A stretch of 32,000 nucleotides of DNA from Bacillus subtilis subsp. subtilis str. 168 (GCF_000009045.1 NC_000964.3:180001-212000); one strand, 5' to 3'. Shown: positions 1 to 9,789, counted from the first letter of the stretch. Translations and numbers: made by a program. The notes: generated from the sequence alone by a model not told the origin.

Positions 1-347
1 GTGACGTTCCAGTTTTCTTCGATTAGCGGAATGAACTGGTTCGTTATATCAGACAGATAGTGATATCCCATTCCGCCGAAGTCCGTGAACCGATCACTGA
101 GTGATGCAGCCGGCCATGGGGTGTATTCATCAAGCCGGTTTTCGGGTTCGATACCGATCAGCACGAGTTCAGGGAGCCTTTGCTGTTGAAAGGCGCTTTC
201 TAGTAATTCGATTTGGTTTTGGAACAAAGAACTGCCATCCTGCACGTAAACAGCAGGAAATCCCCCGCTGTCTGTGCTGTAGGAAGGAGGGAGGTACAGC
301 GTGAACCTCCTGTTGCCGGCTTTGTGTTCTGAAAGAGATCCTTTCAA
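1..347 (-). CDS. besA: Bacillibactin trilactone esterase BesA (YbbA), N-terminal ~115 codons; continues off the left edge
   Basis: Absent from the ORF track because it starts with TTG. The reverse frame from TTG (347-345) reads MKGSLSEHKAGNRRFTLYLPPSYSTDSGGFPAVYVQDGSSLFQNQIELLESAFQQQRLPELVLIGIEPENRLDEYTPWPAASLSDRFTDFGGMGYHYLSDITNQFIPLIEENWNV and stays open to position 1. It looks like a siderophore esterase. A GGGGGAG SD lies 5 nt upstream. The TTG overlaps the feuC TGA stop (TTGA). Its position after feuABC matches the B. subtilis feuABC-ybbA operon. Confidence 0.8.
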   Translation of the reverse strand, partial: MKGSLSEHKAGNRRFTLYLPPSYSTDSGGFPAVYVQDGSSLFQNQIELLESAFQQQRLPELVLIGIEPENRLDEYTPWPAASLSDRFTDFGGMGYHYLSDITNQFIPLIEENWNV

Positions 348-1354
348 GCATTCTCCCCCTTTTTTTGCTTGAAAAGCAGATATAAGAAATAAGGAACTCC
401 GAGGATCGCCAAAATGATGCCTGCGGGCACTTCTGCGGGCTGAAAAAACAGTTTTCCGGCAAAGTCTGCGCTTATCACAAGAAGCATCCCGATTAAACCG
501 CTCAGTGGCAGGATATAGCGATGTTCGACGCCAGCCAGTCTCCGTGAGATATGGGGAGCAATTAAGCCGACAAACGCCATACTTCCCGCTACGGAGACAC
601 AGGCGCTGATGATTGCTACACAGGCAACGAGAAGGATGGTTTTTTCTTTATTTGATGAAATACCGAGGCTTCTGACTGTGTCTTCATCAAAACGAATGGT
701 GTCGAGCAGGCGGGATTTGCCGATAAGAATCGGTATAAACAGCAGCATCCATGGGAGTACAGCTGTAATATACGTCCAGTTGGCAGACCAGATGCTTCCG
801 TTTTTCCACACCATGGCCATTTGATAGTCTTGCGGGTCCATTTTTAAAGATAAAAACAAAGACAGGGCGCTGAATCCTGAATTGATCGCAATCCCTACCA
901 AAATAATTCTTCCTGAATCTAAATTGCCTCTGTGCCATGCAAATATGTAAATCAGGATCGCCGCGATGAGCCCGCCTATCAATCCAAAGAGCGGCATTCC
1001 CATCGCTGCAGCTATGGATGTCACTTCCTTCTGGCCTTGGAATAAGAGCATAAACGCTACAATGCCAGCTCCTGCCCCTGCGTTGATTCCGAGAATTCCA
1101 GGGTCAGCAAGCCCGTTTCTCGTGATGGCCTGGATAACAGCGCCTGCAATGCCAAGACCGAGTCCAATAATAGCAGCCATGACAACCCGCGGCAGTCTTA
1201 AATCGAACAGCAAAATTTCATACTGCGGATTCGGGTCGATTTGAAAAAGAGTGGAGAGCAGCTCAGCAGGACGAACAGAAAATGATCCGCTCGTTAAGCT
1301 GAAATAGCTGACAACAAGAATCAAAGCGATGAACAATGCATATTTTTTAGCCAT
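344..1354 (-). CDS. feuC: Fe-bacillibactin ABC transporter permease FeuC (FecCD family)
   Basis: 336-aa ORF with a polytopic hydrophobic profile typical of FecCD/BtuC-type permeases. It overlaps the feuB stop by 8 nt and lies in the feuA-feuB-feuC order. Confidence 0.93.
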   Translation of the reverse strand: MAKKYALFIALILVVSYFSLTSGSFSVRPAELLSTLFQIDPNPQYEILLFDLRLPRVVMAAIIGLGLGIAGAVIQAITRNGLADPGILGINAGAGAGIVAFMLLFQGQKEVTSIAAAMGMPLFGLIGGLIAAILIYIFAWHRGNLDSGRIILVGIAINSGFSALSLFLSLKMDPQDYQMAMVWKNGSIWSANWTYITAVLPWMLLFIPILIGKSRLLDTIRFDEDTVRSLGISSNKEKTILLVACVAIISACVSVAGSMAFVGLIAPHISRRLAGVEHRYILPLSGLIGMLLVISADFAGKLFFQPAEVPAGIILAILGVPYFLYLLFKQKKGENA

Positions 1355-2351
1355 TTTGCTCCCCTCCTTTTCGTTTAATTAAATAAAGGAAGAAAGGTAC
1401 GCCGATAATGGATGTTACGACCTCAATCGGTGTTTCAAACGGATAGTTGATAAATCTGCTTGCGAGATCACACAGGGTTAAAAAGATTCCGCCCAAAATA
1501 CAGGAACACGGAATCAGCCTGCTGTAATCAGAGCCGACGAGAAATCTCGTGATATGCGGAACAACCAACCCGACAAACGCAATTTTTCCGGCCAGCGCTA
1601 CGGCACTGCCGGTTAGAATGATGACGGAAAGCATCGCCATGATTTTAATGGTTTTTTTCTTTTGCCCCAGGCTTTTAGAAATGTCGTCCCCTAATGATAC
1701 AGCGGTTACCTTTTTGCTGAGAGAAATGGCCATTATAATGCCAATCAGGAAAAACGGAGCGGCAAGCTTCAGGAAATCTGGACTCATTTGATGAAGTCTG
1801 GCACTGTACCAGAAACTGAGATCCTGAGAAATTTGAAAATAAATCGACATGGCCGCTGATAAGCTGCTGAGCAGCATGCTTGTGACTGTGCCGATGATGG
1901 CGAGCTGCACGGGGGTAAATCCGTTTGGCATCATGGCGGCAAGGCCGAATACTAACACCGCTCCTAACGCTGAGCCGATAAAAGAGTATATCATCATTTC
2001 AATCGAAGATGATTGCGGGAGCAGAACCATGCAAAGCGTAATGATAAACGCTGAACCATCTGAAACACCCATAATGGATGGCGAAGCTAAATAATTGCGC
2101 GTAATGCCCTGCATAAGCGCTCCAGAAACAGCAAGGGCTGCCCCTATGAGCAGAGCGCCGGCAGCCCTTGGAATCCGGGAATGCCATATAATTTGATGGT
2201 CTGTGTTTCCCGGATCGAAATGAATAAGAGATGTAAAAACAATATCTGTGCTGAGATGCTTTGCCCCATAAAGGATTGAAAGCAAAAGTGACAGCGCTAT
2301 AGCAAATGGAGAAGTAATCAATATGATACGTGTCCACTGTTTTGAATACAT
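1347..2351 (-). CDS. feuB: Fe-bacillibactin ABC transporter permease FeuB (FecCD family)
   Basis: 334-aa hydrophobic ORF, paralogous in pattern to FeuC (GxxLAxxGxxxQ-type motif LAVSGALMQGITRN). It lies directly downstream of feuA. Confidence 0.93.
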   Translation of the reverse strand: MYSKQWTRIILITSPFAIALSLLLSILYGAKHLSTDIVFTSLIHFDPGNTDHQIIWHSRIPRAAGALLIGAALAVSGALMQGITRNYLASPSIMGVSDGSAFIITLCMVLLPQSSSIEMMIYSFIGSALGAVLVFGLAAMMPNGFTPVQLAIIGTVTSMLLSSLSAAMSIYFQISQDLSFWYSARLHQMSPDFLKLAAPFFLIGIIMAISLSKKVTAVSLGDDISKSLGQKKKTIKIMAMLSVIILTGSAVALAGKIAFVGLVVPHITRFLVGSDYSRLIPCSCILGGIFLTLCDLASRFINYPFETPIEVVTSIIGVPFFLYLIKRKGGEQNG

Positions 2352-2369
2352 ACAAAAACCTACTCTGAA

Positions 2370-3323
2370 TTAGTTTTGTGTCAATTTTTCAGCAGCCGCT
2401 TTCAGGAAACGGACTTTGCTCCAAGCTGTGCCGCCTTGTGCGAGAGGGTCCACTGAGTTGACATACACATGGTCTTCTTTGACTGCTTTAAGGCTTTTCC
2501 AGATTGGATTTTTCTCTAAATCTTTTAAGGCATCAGGTTTGTCTGCATTTTCATCATCAGAAAATTGGACGAAAATATGGTCCGGGTTCATTTCACTTAA
2601 TTTTTCTAATGAACTCAGCTCTTGCGCTTTTGCAGCCTTTACTTCGTTCGGCGCCTTAAGGCCTAAATCACCGTATAGTGTGGAGTTGAAATACACCTGT
2701 TCAGGGTAAATGTAAATGTTGCCTTGTCTGATTCTGATGACAAGCGCTTTTGAATCTTTCGCTTTATCGTTGATTTTTGTTTTTATTTCTTTTAGATCCT
2801 GTTCATAGTCTGCAATAATTTTCTTTGCTTTTTTCTCTTTTCCAGTCAGCTGGGCAAGAAGCATCATGTTTTCCTTCCAGTTTGAAGAGATATGAGAAAC
2901 TGGGATCGTCGTGCCTGCTGTGCTGATTTTTTGCAGCGTTTTTTCCGGAAACTTTGTTGAAGCAAGGATAACATCTGGCTTCATTTCAAGAATCTTTTCA
3001 ATATTTGGCTCCATTTTTTCTCCGGTTGGTTCGGCTTTATCAGTGATGTCTTTGAACATATCAGGGAATTTGCCGGAGAATGAAATTGCGCCTTGCGGAT
3101 GAACGTCAAGCAATTTCGCGTCTTCCATTGATTCAACGCTTCCCGTAATGGCAATTTTGTCTGTCGGTACAGTTACTTCATATGTTTTATCAAGGTATTC
3201 AATTTTCTTCTTCTCAGATGCTGTGCCGCTTGCCTTGCTGGCAGTTGATTCATTTTTGCTGCCGCAAGCTGCCGCCGTCAGCGCGAGAAGTAAGATTAAT
3301 AAGGTAAGAGATATCTTTTTCAT
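2370..3323 (-). CDS. feuA: Fe-bacillibactin/enterobactin substrate-binding lipoprotein FeuA
   Basis: 317-aa ORF. The N-terminus MKKISLTLLILLLALTAAAC has a lipobox (LTAAAC). It looks like a class III periplasmic-binding-protein fold. An AGGAGG SD (complement of 3332-3337) precedes the ATG. Confidence 0.93.
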   Translation of the reverse strand: MKKISLTLLILLLALTAAACGSKNESTASKASGTASEKKKIEYLDKTYEVTVPTDKIAITGSVESMEDAKLLDVHPQGAISFSGKFPDMFKDITDKAEPTGEKMEPNIEKILEMKPDVILASTKFPEKTLQKISTAGTTIPVSHISSNWKENMMLLAQLTGKEKKAKKIIADYEQDLKEIKTKINDKAKDSKALVIRIRQGNIYIYPEQVYFNSTLYGDLGLKAPNEVKAAKAQELSSLEKLSEMNPDHIFVQFSDDENADKPDALKDLEKNPIWKSLKAVKEDHVYVNSVDPLAQGGTAWSKVRFLKAAAEKLTQN

Positions 3324-3340
3324 CTATAGAGCCTCCTGTT

Positions 3341-3371
3341 CAATTGATAACTATTATCAATTGGAATTATA
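3341..3371 (-). promoter_or_regulatory. feuA promoter -10 (TATAAT, complement of 3366-3371) followed by a Fur box (TGATAACTATTATCA, 3345-3359) within the palindrome CAATTGATAACTATTATCAATTG
   Basis: The 7-1-7 Fur consensus TGATAAT-n-ATTATCA is matched at 14 of 15 positions. The box sits between the -10 and the SD. The -35 region is poor, as expected for an activator (Btr)-dependent promoter. Confidence 0.8.
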
Positions 3372-3413
3372 GAGAATGAACAGATATAACACCATGGACA
3401 AATTCCTGATTTA

Positions 3414-5003
3414 TCATGGACAATCTCCGGATAGTAAAGAAACAGTTTGCTGAACGATGCGTTCGTGCCCGCAAGCTGAGTATTCATTCCACGGGTCAAG
3501 GGATAGAAGATAAACACGGTTATCTCGTACCGCGCTTAGGTTTTGCCATGCTTCTGTCTGCTGTAATTGCTGGTAGTAAGCTATGGTCTCCGGCTCTTTA
3601 AAAAGAAAAAGCATCATACAGTCAGCTTGGTAATTTGCGATATTTTCTAACGAAATCGCTTGTTCTGAAGGTGTGTCAGCCGTTGTTGCCGAGCTGAATC
3701 CTAAATCCCCAAAGAAAACTTCGCGGACACTTCGGTTATGAGCCAGATAGAAGTTTTGCTTATGCAGCCTCAAAAAGAGAAAACGCAGCCCTTGAACGTG
3801 CTGAAGTGTTTTTTTGGCGGCCGTTGTCTGCTGGTCATAATCCGCTAGCCACTTTTCTGCTTCGGACTCCTCCTTTAAAAATGAGGCAGTTTGCAGAAAG
3901 TGGGTTCTCCAGCTTTCTTCTGAAGGAAGGTACATGACTTCTGCGATGCGATTCAGGCGATCTTGTTCTTCTGGAGAAATAGAATCCATGCTGACAATCA
4001 CATCTGGTTCTGCCTGTGATAACGTGTACAGGTTTTCTTCCCACTTTTCATTAAACCGGTATGCACTGAGCTGGACGGGTATATCTGTCGAATAATGCTG
4101 ATAGTAGTAAGACGTCCATTTCGGATGCAGAGCGGCCGCAAAAGGTATGTGGTGAAGAGGGATGAGATGGCCCATTGTGCCCCTTCCGTATGCGGCGATT
4201 TTCTTTCGGCGTTTTTTCATATAGCTTGTAGGTGAACAGCCTGTATATTTTTTAAAGATTCTGCTGAAATAAAATTCATCTTGATAACCGGTTTGGTGTG
4301 CGATTTCTTTCAATTTGCAGTTTGATTTTGCCATGAGCCGTTTTGCCTTTGTGATTCGTGTTTTCGTAATAAATTCTGTTACGCTCTGTCCTGTCCATTT
4401 TTTAAAGCTTTCACTGTAGTGTTTGGCACTGATTCCTGCCATTTGCGACAGCTGGGCAAGCGTGATTTTTGTATCGGCATGGGTTTCGATATAGTGTTTT
4501 GTTTTTTCGATTGCTGAATGTGTATCCGTTTGATCAGATAAACTGGCAGTAAAAAGATCATAAATCAGGCTTTGTACTTCAATCACACATTTTAGCTGAG
4601 AAAGCTGAGACGATTCATTCCATAGTGCGGCAAGCTCTTGAAGCCGGACTGCAAGATTTTCGATATGTGAAACATTCATAAGCTTCAGTTTGGCTAATTC
4701 CGATTCTGTGCACGGTGTGAAAATATCTTGCCCGGTTTCCTTGATATAGCTTAGAAGCCTGATTATACAGGCATCTATATGTCCATCGGCTGCTGGCGTA
4801 AAGCCAAAGGTCTCGTTAGGCGGACAAACATAAAGTGTCTTTTTTTGCAGAGGATTGGTGTTTGTTCCGATCGAAATATAGCCGTTTCCTTTTAAATGAA
4901 AAATCAGCACGAATGAATCGGCTAATTGCTGTTCTGAGAAGAGATCACTTGTCTTTTTTAGATATTCAATTTGTACTGGTTGATAAATCACTGCATTTTG
5001 CAC
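3414..5003 (-). CDS. btr: Btr (YbbB): AraC-type HTH regulator fused to a C-terminal siderophore-binding (PBP-like) domain; activator of feuABC
   Basis: 529-aa ORF with a GTG start (complement of 5001-5003) and an AAAGGTGG SD. The central AraC HTH region reads ITLAQLSQMAGISAKHYSESFKKWTGQSVTEFITKTRITKAKRLM...EIAHQTGYQDEFYFSRIFKKYTG. The long C-terminal half resembles FeuA-type binding proteins. Confidence 0.9.
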   Translation of the reverse strand: MQNAVIYQPVQIEYLKKTSDLFSEQQLADSFVLIFHLKGNGYISIGTNTNPLQKKTLYVCPPNETFGFTPAADGHIDACIIRLLSYIKETGQDIFTPCTESELAKLKLMNVSHIENLAVRLQELAALWNESSQLSQLKCVIEVQSLIYDLFTASLSDQTDTHSAIEKTKHYIETHADTKITLAQLSQMAGISAKHYSESFKKWTGQSVTEFITKTRITKAKRLMAKSNCKLKEIAHQTGYQDEFYFSRIFKKYTGCSPTSYMKKRRKKIAAYGRGTMGHLIPLHHIPFAAALHPKWTSYYYQHYSTDIPVQLSAYRFNEKWEENLYTLSQAEPDVIVSMDSISPEEQDRLNRIAEVMYLPSEESWRTHFLQTASFLKEESEAEKWLADYDQQTTAAKKTLQHVQGLRFLFLRLHKQNFYLAHNRSVREVFFGDLGFSSATTADTPSEQAISLENIANYQADCMMLFLFKEPETIAYYQQLQQTEAWQNLSAVRDNRVYLLSLDPWNEYSACGHERIVQQTVSLLSGDCP

Positions 5004-5033
5004 GAGTAGACCACCTTTTCAGAAGCTTTCAAT

Positions 5034-5060
5034 TGATAATCATTTTCAATAAAAATTGTA
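5034..5060 (-). promoter_or_regulatory. btr promoter: extended -10 TGgTACAAT (TACAAT = complement of 5055-5060) with a Fur box (TGATAATCATTTTCA, 5034-5048) just downstream
   Basis: The Fur 7-1-7 consensus is matched at 14 of 15 positions. The layout is the same as at feuA, with the box immediately 3' of the -10. Confidence 0.7.
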
Positions 5061-5109
5061 CCAAATAAATGAAAGTTTTCCTATATAAAGCGGGTGGGTT
5101 TTTAGCATG

Positions 5110-5143
5110 AAAAAAACCCTTACTTATGTGTAAAAGTAAGGGT
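5110..5143 (-). terminator. Rho-independent terminator of the murQ-ybbC operon
   Basis: On the - strand, ACCCTTACTT (loop 8 nt) AAGTAAGGGT forms a 10-bp stem followed by a run of 7 U. It lies 51 nt past the ybbC stop. Confidence 0.85.
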
Positions 5144-5160
5144 CTTTCGTTCAATAAGAA

Positions 5161-5180
5161 TATGTTACACGTGTAACATA
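5161..5180. repeat. Perfect 20-bp palindrome TATGTTACACGTGTAACATA
   Basis: The sequence equals its own reverse complement. It lies between the ybbC stop (5194) and the terminator (5143). Confidence 0.95.
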
Positions 5181-5193
5181 CGATGCTTATGTT

Positions 5194-6438
5194 CTAATAA
5201 ATGAGATACTTTTTTCTTGTTTTGCTGAATTGTTGGAGTGTTTTTTCATAGCTGTTTATGATGTTCTCAACCGAAGTTCCATTTTCAATTTTTGTCCTGA
5301 TCCAGCCGTTGCCTGCCAGTTTATCGAATGAACCTGTTGACAGGAACTCAAAATCCTCAGGATAGAGATCGTGTATGGTTTTAATGACTGAAAGACCCGT
5401 TTTAACGGCTTCAAACTTATCTCTGTCTGTCACATAGAGCTGCACACCGTGGCAAAGCGTTCCTTGATGTTTAGAAAACGTCGGTGTGAAGGATGCTGCC
5501 CTAAATGTAACGCCCGGCAAATGGAGGCTGTTTAATGTTTCTTCAAGTTCTGTGCTTTTGATAAAGGGAGCTCCGATCAATTCGAATGGCTTTGTTGTCC
5601 CTCGCCCTTCGGATATATTTGTTCCTTCAATCAGCCCGGTTGCAGGATAAACAAATGTGCTTTCCACCGTCGGCATGTTAGGCGAAGGGAGGACGAAAGG
5701 CAATCGGGTATCGTCAAAATCCATTTTTCGTTTCCAGTGTTTCATTTTTACCACTGTAAGATCGGCATCAATACTAAATTCTTTGTTGAACAGTGAAGCC
5801 AATTCGCCTATCGTCATCCCATGCTTCAATGGAATGGGATACAATCCGACAAATGAGGCGTATTCAGGTTCTAAGATTGGTCCTTCAATATGATTCCCGC
5901 CTTGAGGATTCGGACGGTCCAGCACCATAAATGGAATGCCGTTTTCTTTAGCGGCTTCCATTGCGTATGCCATTGTATAAATGTACGTGTAGAAACGGGT
6001 CCCGACATCCTGAATGTCAAACATTAGAATATCGACATTTTTAAGCATTTCTGGAGTCGGTTTTTTCGTTTTTCCGTAGAGGCTGTATACGGGAACCCCG
6101 GTTTTTTCGTCAATGTAAGAGCCTACTTCGTCTCCAGCCTGGGCGTCACCGCGGACGCCGTGTTCAGGGCCGAATAAAGCTGTCAGTTTGATATCCGGGT
6201 TCTCGTAAAGGATATCGACACTGCTTTTTAGAGATGTGTTTACTCCGGCTGGATTGGTGATCAGTCCGATGCGTTTTCCCTTGAGCTGTTTTTTATAGTC
6301 TGGCAAGAGCGTGTCTATCCCAGTCTGGACTTTAGGTTTTTTAGCTGTTTGATTCTTTGAATCGGGTGAAGCAGAGGCAGCGGTTATCGTTCCGAACATC
6401 ATGAGCCCTGTCAGAAAAGCGAATATTGTTTTTCTCAT
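5194..6438 (-). CDS. namZ: Secreted DUF1343 protein YbbC, exo-beta-N-acetylmuramidase (NamZ)
   Basis: 414-aa ORF with a signal peptide (MRKTIFAFLTGLMMFGTITAASA). It is the last gene of the MurNAc recycling operon. The assignment comes from recognising the B. subtilis YbbC sequence. Confidence 0.85.
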   Translation of the reverse strand: MRKTIFAFLTGLMMFGTITAASASPDSKNQTAKKPKVQTGIDTLLPDYKKQLKGKRIGLITNPAGVNTSLKSSVDILYENPDIKLTALFGPEHGVRGDAQAGDEVGSYIDEKTGVPVYSLYGKTKKPTPEMLKNVDILMFDIQDVGTRFYTYIYTMAYAMEAAKENGIPFMVLDRPNPQGGNHIEGPILEPEYASFVGLYPIPLKHGMTIGELASLFNKEFSIDADLTVVKMKHWKRKMDFDDTRLPFVLPSPNMPTVESTFVYPATGLIEGTNISEGRGTTKPFELIGAPFIKSTELEETLNSLHLPGVTFRAASFTPTFSKHQGTLCHGVQLYVTDRDKFEAVKTGLSVIKTIHDLYPEDFEFLSTGSFDKLAGNGWIRTKIENGTSVENIINSYEKTLQQFSKTRKKYLIY

Positions 6439-6451
6439 GTGTCCCTCCTTA

Positions 6452-8380
6452 TTAAAGCGGTCTTCCCGTTTTGATATTTAATCCGTAGCCAAGTGGGTAA
6501 AGGGTGTTCCCTGGTTTCGTGACTGACGGAATGTCAACTGGAAGTGTGCCTTTAGGTTTTGCCTGGCCGAATATCGCCATCACTCCGGCCGGAATATTAG
6601 GTTGAAGATAACGGCCATTTGCGTATCCTTTAAAGCCATAGACTGCAATCAGTGCTTTTGCTTCTTCGAAATTGGCTGCGTCATAGGGGTTGCGCAGGCT
6701 CATTAAGACAAATGGTTTGTTGTGCTGCAGTGCGGCTTTCATGACAGCTCTCGGAAACACGGTGGCCCATTTGCTTGAATCTGATATTGTGTCGTCGATG
6801 ACACCGTCGTTGACGACAGGGTCATTTTTGACGACATAGGAGCCGGTAATGATATAATCAGCCTCTTTTACTTGTTTTTCATGCTCGGTCTTAAATACTT
6901 GGCTGGCAAAGTTCATTTTGCTGAGGGATACGGGTTTGATTTTCTTTCGCTTGATGAGATCGTGAATGGTTTGTTCGATTGAAGCAGTTTGTTCTTCGTA
7001 AGGTGCCACAATTAAGATTCGGCTGCCTTTTTTAGGCTTGAACGGCAAAGTGTGCTGTTCATTTTTTAATACAGTTACTGCTTTTTCAGCTAATTTTTTC
7101 TCTGCTTTCAGGTGCTGCTTGCTTCCTACGATTTTTTTGGCTTTGGCTATTTTTTCTTTTGTACTGTCGCTGTTTCGCGCTGGATACATGCCGCGTTTTA
7201 TTTTCAGGGAAATGATTCTTTCAACTGAATTGTTGATTTGTTGTTCAGGAATATCCCCGTTTTTCACGGCTTCTTTCAAAGCTTGAATAACACGTGCGAA
7301 TTTCTGTTCTTCTTTCAATGAAGTGACTGAGGCTGGCATTAATGCAATATCGACACCAGCTTTTACGGCCATGACCACAGCCTCTTCCTGTCCGAAATGA
7401 TCTGCGATTGCCTTCATATTGAGCGCATCGGTAACGATGACCCCATTAAAGCCCATTTCCTGACGAAGAAGACCTGTCATCACTTTTTTTGAAAGTGTAG
7501 CTGGAACCAGAATGTCCGATCCATCGAGTTTGCTTTTGTAAGTGGTGTCATCAAAGGCGGGAAACTGAACATGGGCTGTCATCACCATATCAGCACCAGC
7601 ATCAATTGCTTTTTGAAAAGGATAAAGCTCGACCTCACGAAGCCGTTCTTGGCCATGGGAAACGAGCGGCAGTCCATAATGGCTGTCAACGTCCGTGTCT
7701 CCATGTCCCGGGAAATGTTTGAGGGCAGACGCGATATCCTGCCGCTGCAACCCTTTCATCGTATATAAACCGAGGCGTGATGTCAGTTCTCGATTGGAGC
7801 TGAATGACCGTACGCCGATTACAGGATTATCAGGATTATTGTTAATGTCCACGACAGGGCTGAAATCTGTATTGATGCCTAAGGCAGAGAGCTCTTTTCC
7901 GATGATGCTGCCGGTCTGATACGCATTGATTCTGCTTCTGGCTGCGCCCAGCGCCATATTCCCTGGGAAATTAGTGCCCTCCCCTAACCTCGTTACAATG
8001 CCGCCTTCCTGATCAATACTCAGCATGAGCGGGATTTTTGGACTTGCCTTTTGGTAATCGTCTGTCAGTTGGACAGTTTGTTTTGTTGTTTTTACATTTT
8101 CTGCAAAAAGGATGATGCCTCCGAATTGATATTTCTTGACGAGGCTGGCGACTTCATCATTCATTTTTGTAAGGGCTTGCGGAGAGGACTCGCCTTCCTT
8201 TTGCCAATTTCTAAAATCAGGCATCAGCATCTGGCCGAGTTTTTCATCTAACGACATACGATTGACAATCTGATTGGCATCGATTGCACGTTTGGATGCA
8301 GAGGCTTCTGTCTGTCTGGCCCCGAAAAAGCATGAAAGAAAGAGAACGGCTGAAAGGATAAGCGGAAAGACAGGTCTCAT
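6452..8380 (-). CDS. nagZ: Beta-N-acetylglucosaminidase NagZ (YbbD), GH3 family, secreted/lipoprotein
   Basis: 642-aa ORF with an N-terminal signal (LFLSCFFG). GH3 signatures are present ([14 protein letters not shown]; VTDAL). A C-terminal extra domain is typical of Bacillus YbbD. Confidence 0.92.
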
Positions 8381-8407
8381 AGAAACTTCCTCCTATCGTC
8401 TAATCAT

Positions 8408-9733
8408 TCACTCCATCGCTTCATAAATCGCGGTTATGACACTTCCATAACTGCCTGTTGGAAATTGGTCACCTTCAAAGACGTTCGGATTTTCTTCCGG
8501 ATCAATAACTGGTGTATGCTTTTTATTTGTTAACAATGCGATGCCTAAATTGTATGCTGGATCAATAATTGTAACTGTCCCCGTCCAGCCGGTATGCCCG
8601 TAAGCATTTTCGCTGGCATGAGGGCCAAACATCCATTCCATGCTTTTACTTCCGTTCCGCCTCCAGCCAAGAGCGAATGTCGGATCTGTTGCTGAAGGTG
8701 CTGTAAACAGGTCGGCTGTTTTCTGATCAAATAAAGAAATGTTTCGGTATGAACCTTTGTTTAACATGACTTGCAGCAGTATGGCCATATCATCTGCATT
8801 TGAGAACAATCCGGCATGCCCAGACACGCCGTCCATTGAGTAAAACGCTTTTTCGTCATGCACCTCTCCTTGCAGCGTGTTTGTGCGGATGTTAGGGAAT
8901 TGAATAACGCCGTCACGTGTATTGCCCATGCGTTCAGTAGCTGCGAACTGTTTCGGTTTAAAGCCCTTTTGCAGCGGATTGTACAAGGTATGCTTCAGCC
9001 TGAGCGGTTTGTAGAGCTCTTGCTCCGTGTAGACATCAAGCGGTTTGCCGGTGAGTTTTTCGACAATACATCCGAGTAGCATATATCCAATGTCACTGTA
9101 TACGTGTTTTGTCCCGGTTTGATAATCGAGCGGAATTTTCGTCAAATATTCAATCGTTTTGTCCCGTTCTTGGGAATAGTACTTGCCGGCTTTTTCCGGC
9201 GTGTAAAAGTAAAAGCTTGATGGGAGCCCTGATTGGTGCTGGAGGACATCAATGACACGTATCTTGTCTTTTCCTTTTATGAGGTCACCCGGCTGATCCT
9301 TGAAACCCGGCAAATATGCAGAAACTTTTTCATAGACGTCAAGTTTTCCTTGGCTGACTAAGCGCTGCAATGCAAAATTTGTTGCGTACATTTTTGTATT
9401 TGAGGCTAAGTCAAACATCGTGCGGGTTTTCATTTTGGCCGGACGGCGCAGCAGTTCTGATCCTTCGTACTTTTTACTGTAGCCGTATGCTGCTTTTTTT
9501 ATGATGCGTCCATCCTTCACCACCACAAGAACGGCGCCTGGAAATCCTGCTGCAATATCCCGTTCTATCATCTGATCTACCTTCCTTAGCTTCTTCGTCG
9601 AGAATTGTGCAGTTTCTGCATTTATGATTTTCGGCTCAATCAAGTTGCCTGCTGTTTGTGCGAAGGTTTCATTTGGCGCAAATATCGATAGGGTTAAAAT
9701 GGCACTGAATATGAACAGTGTCTTTGTTTTCAC
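8408..9733 (-). CDS. amiE: N-acetylmuramyl-L-alanine amidase AmiE (YbbE), beta-lactamase/PBP-fold
   Basis: 441-aa ORF with a signal peptide (…SIFAPNETFAQ) and an SxxK motif (ASNTK). It lies between murP and nagZ. Confidence 0.9.
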   Translation of the reverse strand: MKTKTLFIFSAILTLSIFAPNETFAQTAGNLIEPKIINAETAQFSTKKLRKVDQMIERDIAAGFPGAVLVVVKDGRIIKKAAYGYSKKYEGSELLRRPAKMKTRTMFDLASNTKMYATNFALQRLVSQGKLDVYEKVSAYLPGFKDQPGDLIKGKDKIRVIDVLQHQSGLPSSFYFYTPEKAGKYYSQERDKTIEYLTKIPLDYQTGTKHVYSDIGYMLLGCIVEKLTGKPLDVYTEQELYKPLRLKHTLYNPLQKGFKPKQFAATERMGNTRDGVIQFPNIRTNTLQGEVHDEKAFYSMDGVSGHAGLFSNADDMAILLQVMLNKGSYRNISLFDQKTADLFTAPSATDPTFALGWRRNGSKSMEWMFGPHASENAYGHTGWTGTVTIIDPAYNLGIALLTNKKHTPVIDPEENPNVFEGDQFPTGSYGSVITAIYEAME

Positions 9734-9789
9734 AGGCTAGCCCCTTTCTGTGCTTCTATCCCGTTTACTATCCCTAAAACAGAAACAAT

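Noticed and set aside
169-462. 97-aa (-) ORF and 67-aa (+) ORF (101-304) at the besA/feuC junction
   Set aside because: The 97-aa frame overlaps the feuC 3' end and is out of frame with the esterase-like reading frame that stays open to the window edge. The real gene is the TTG-initiated besA.
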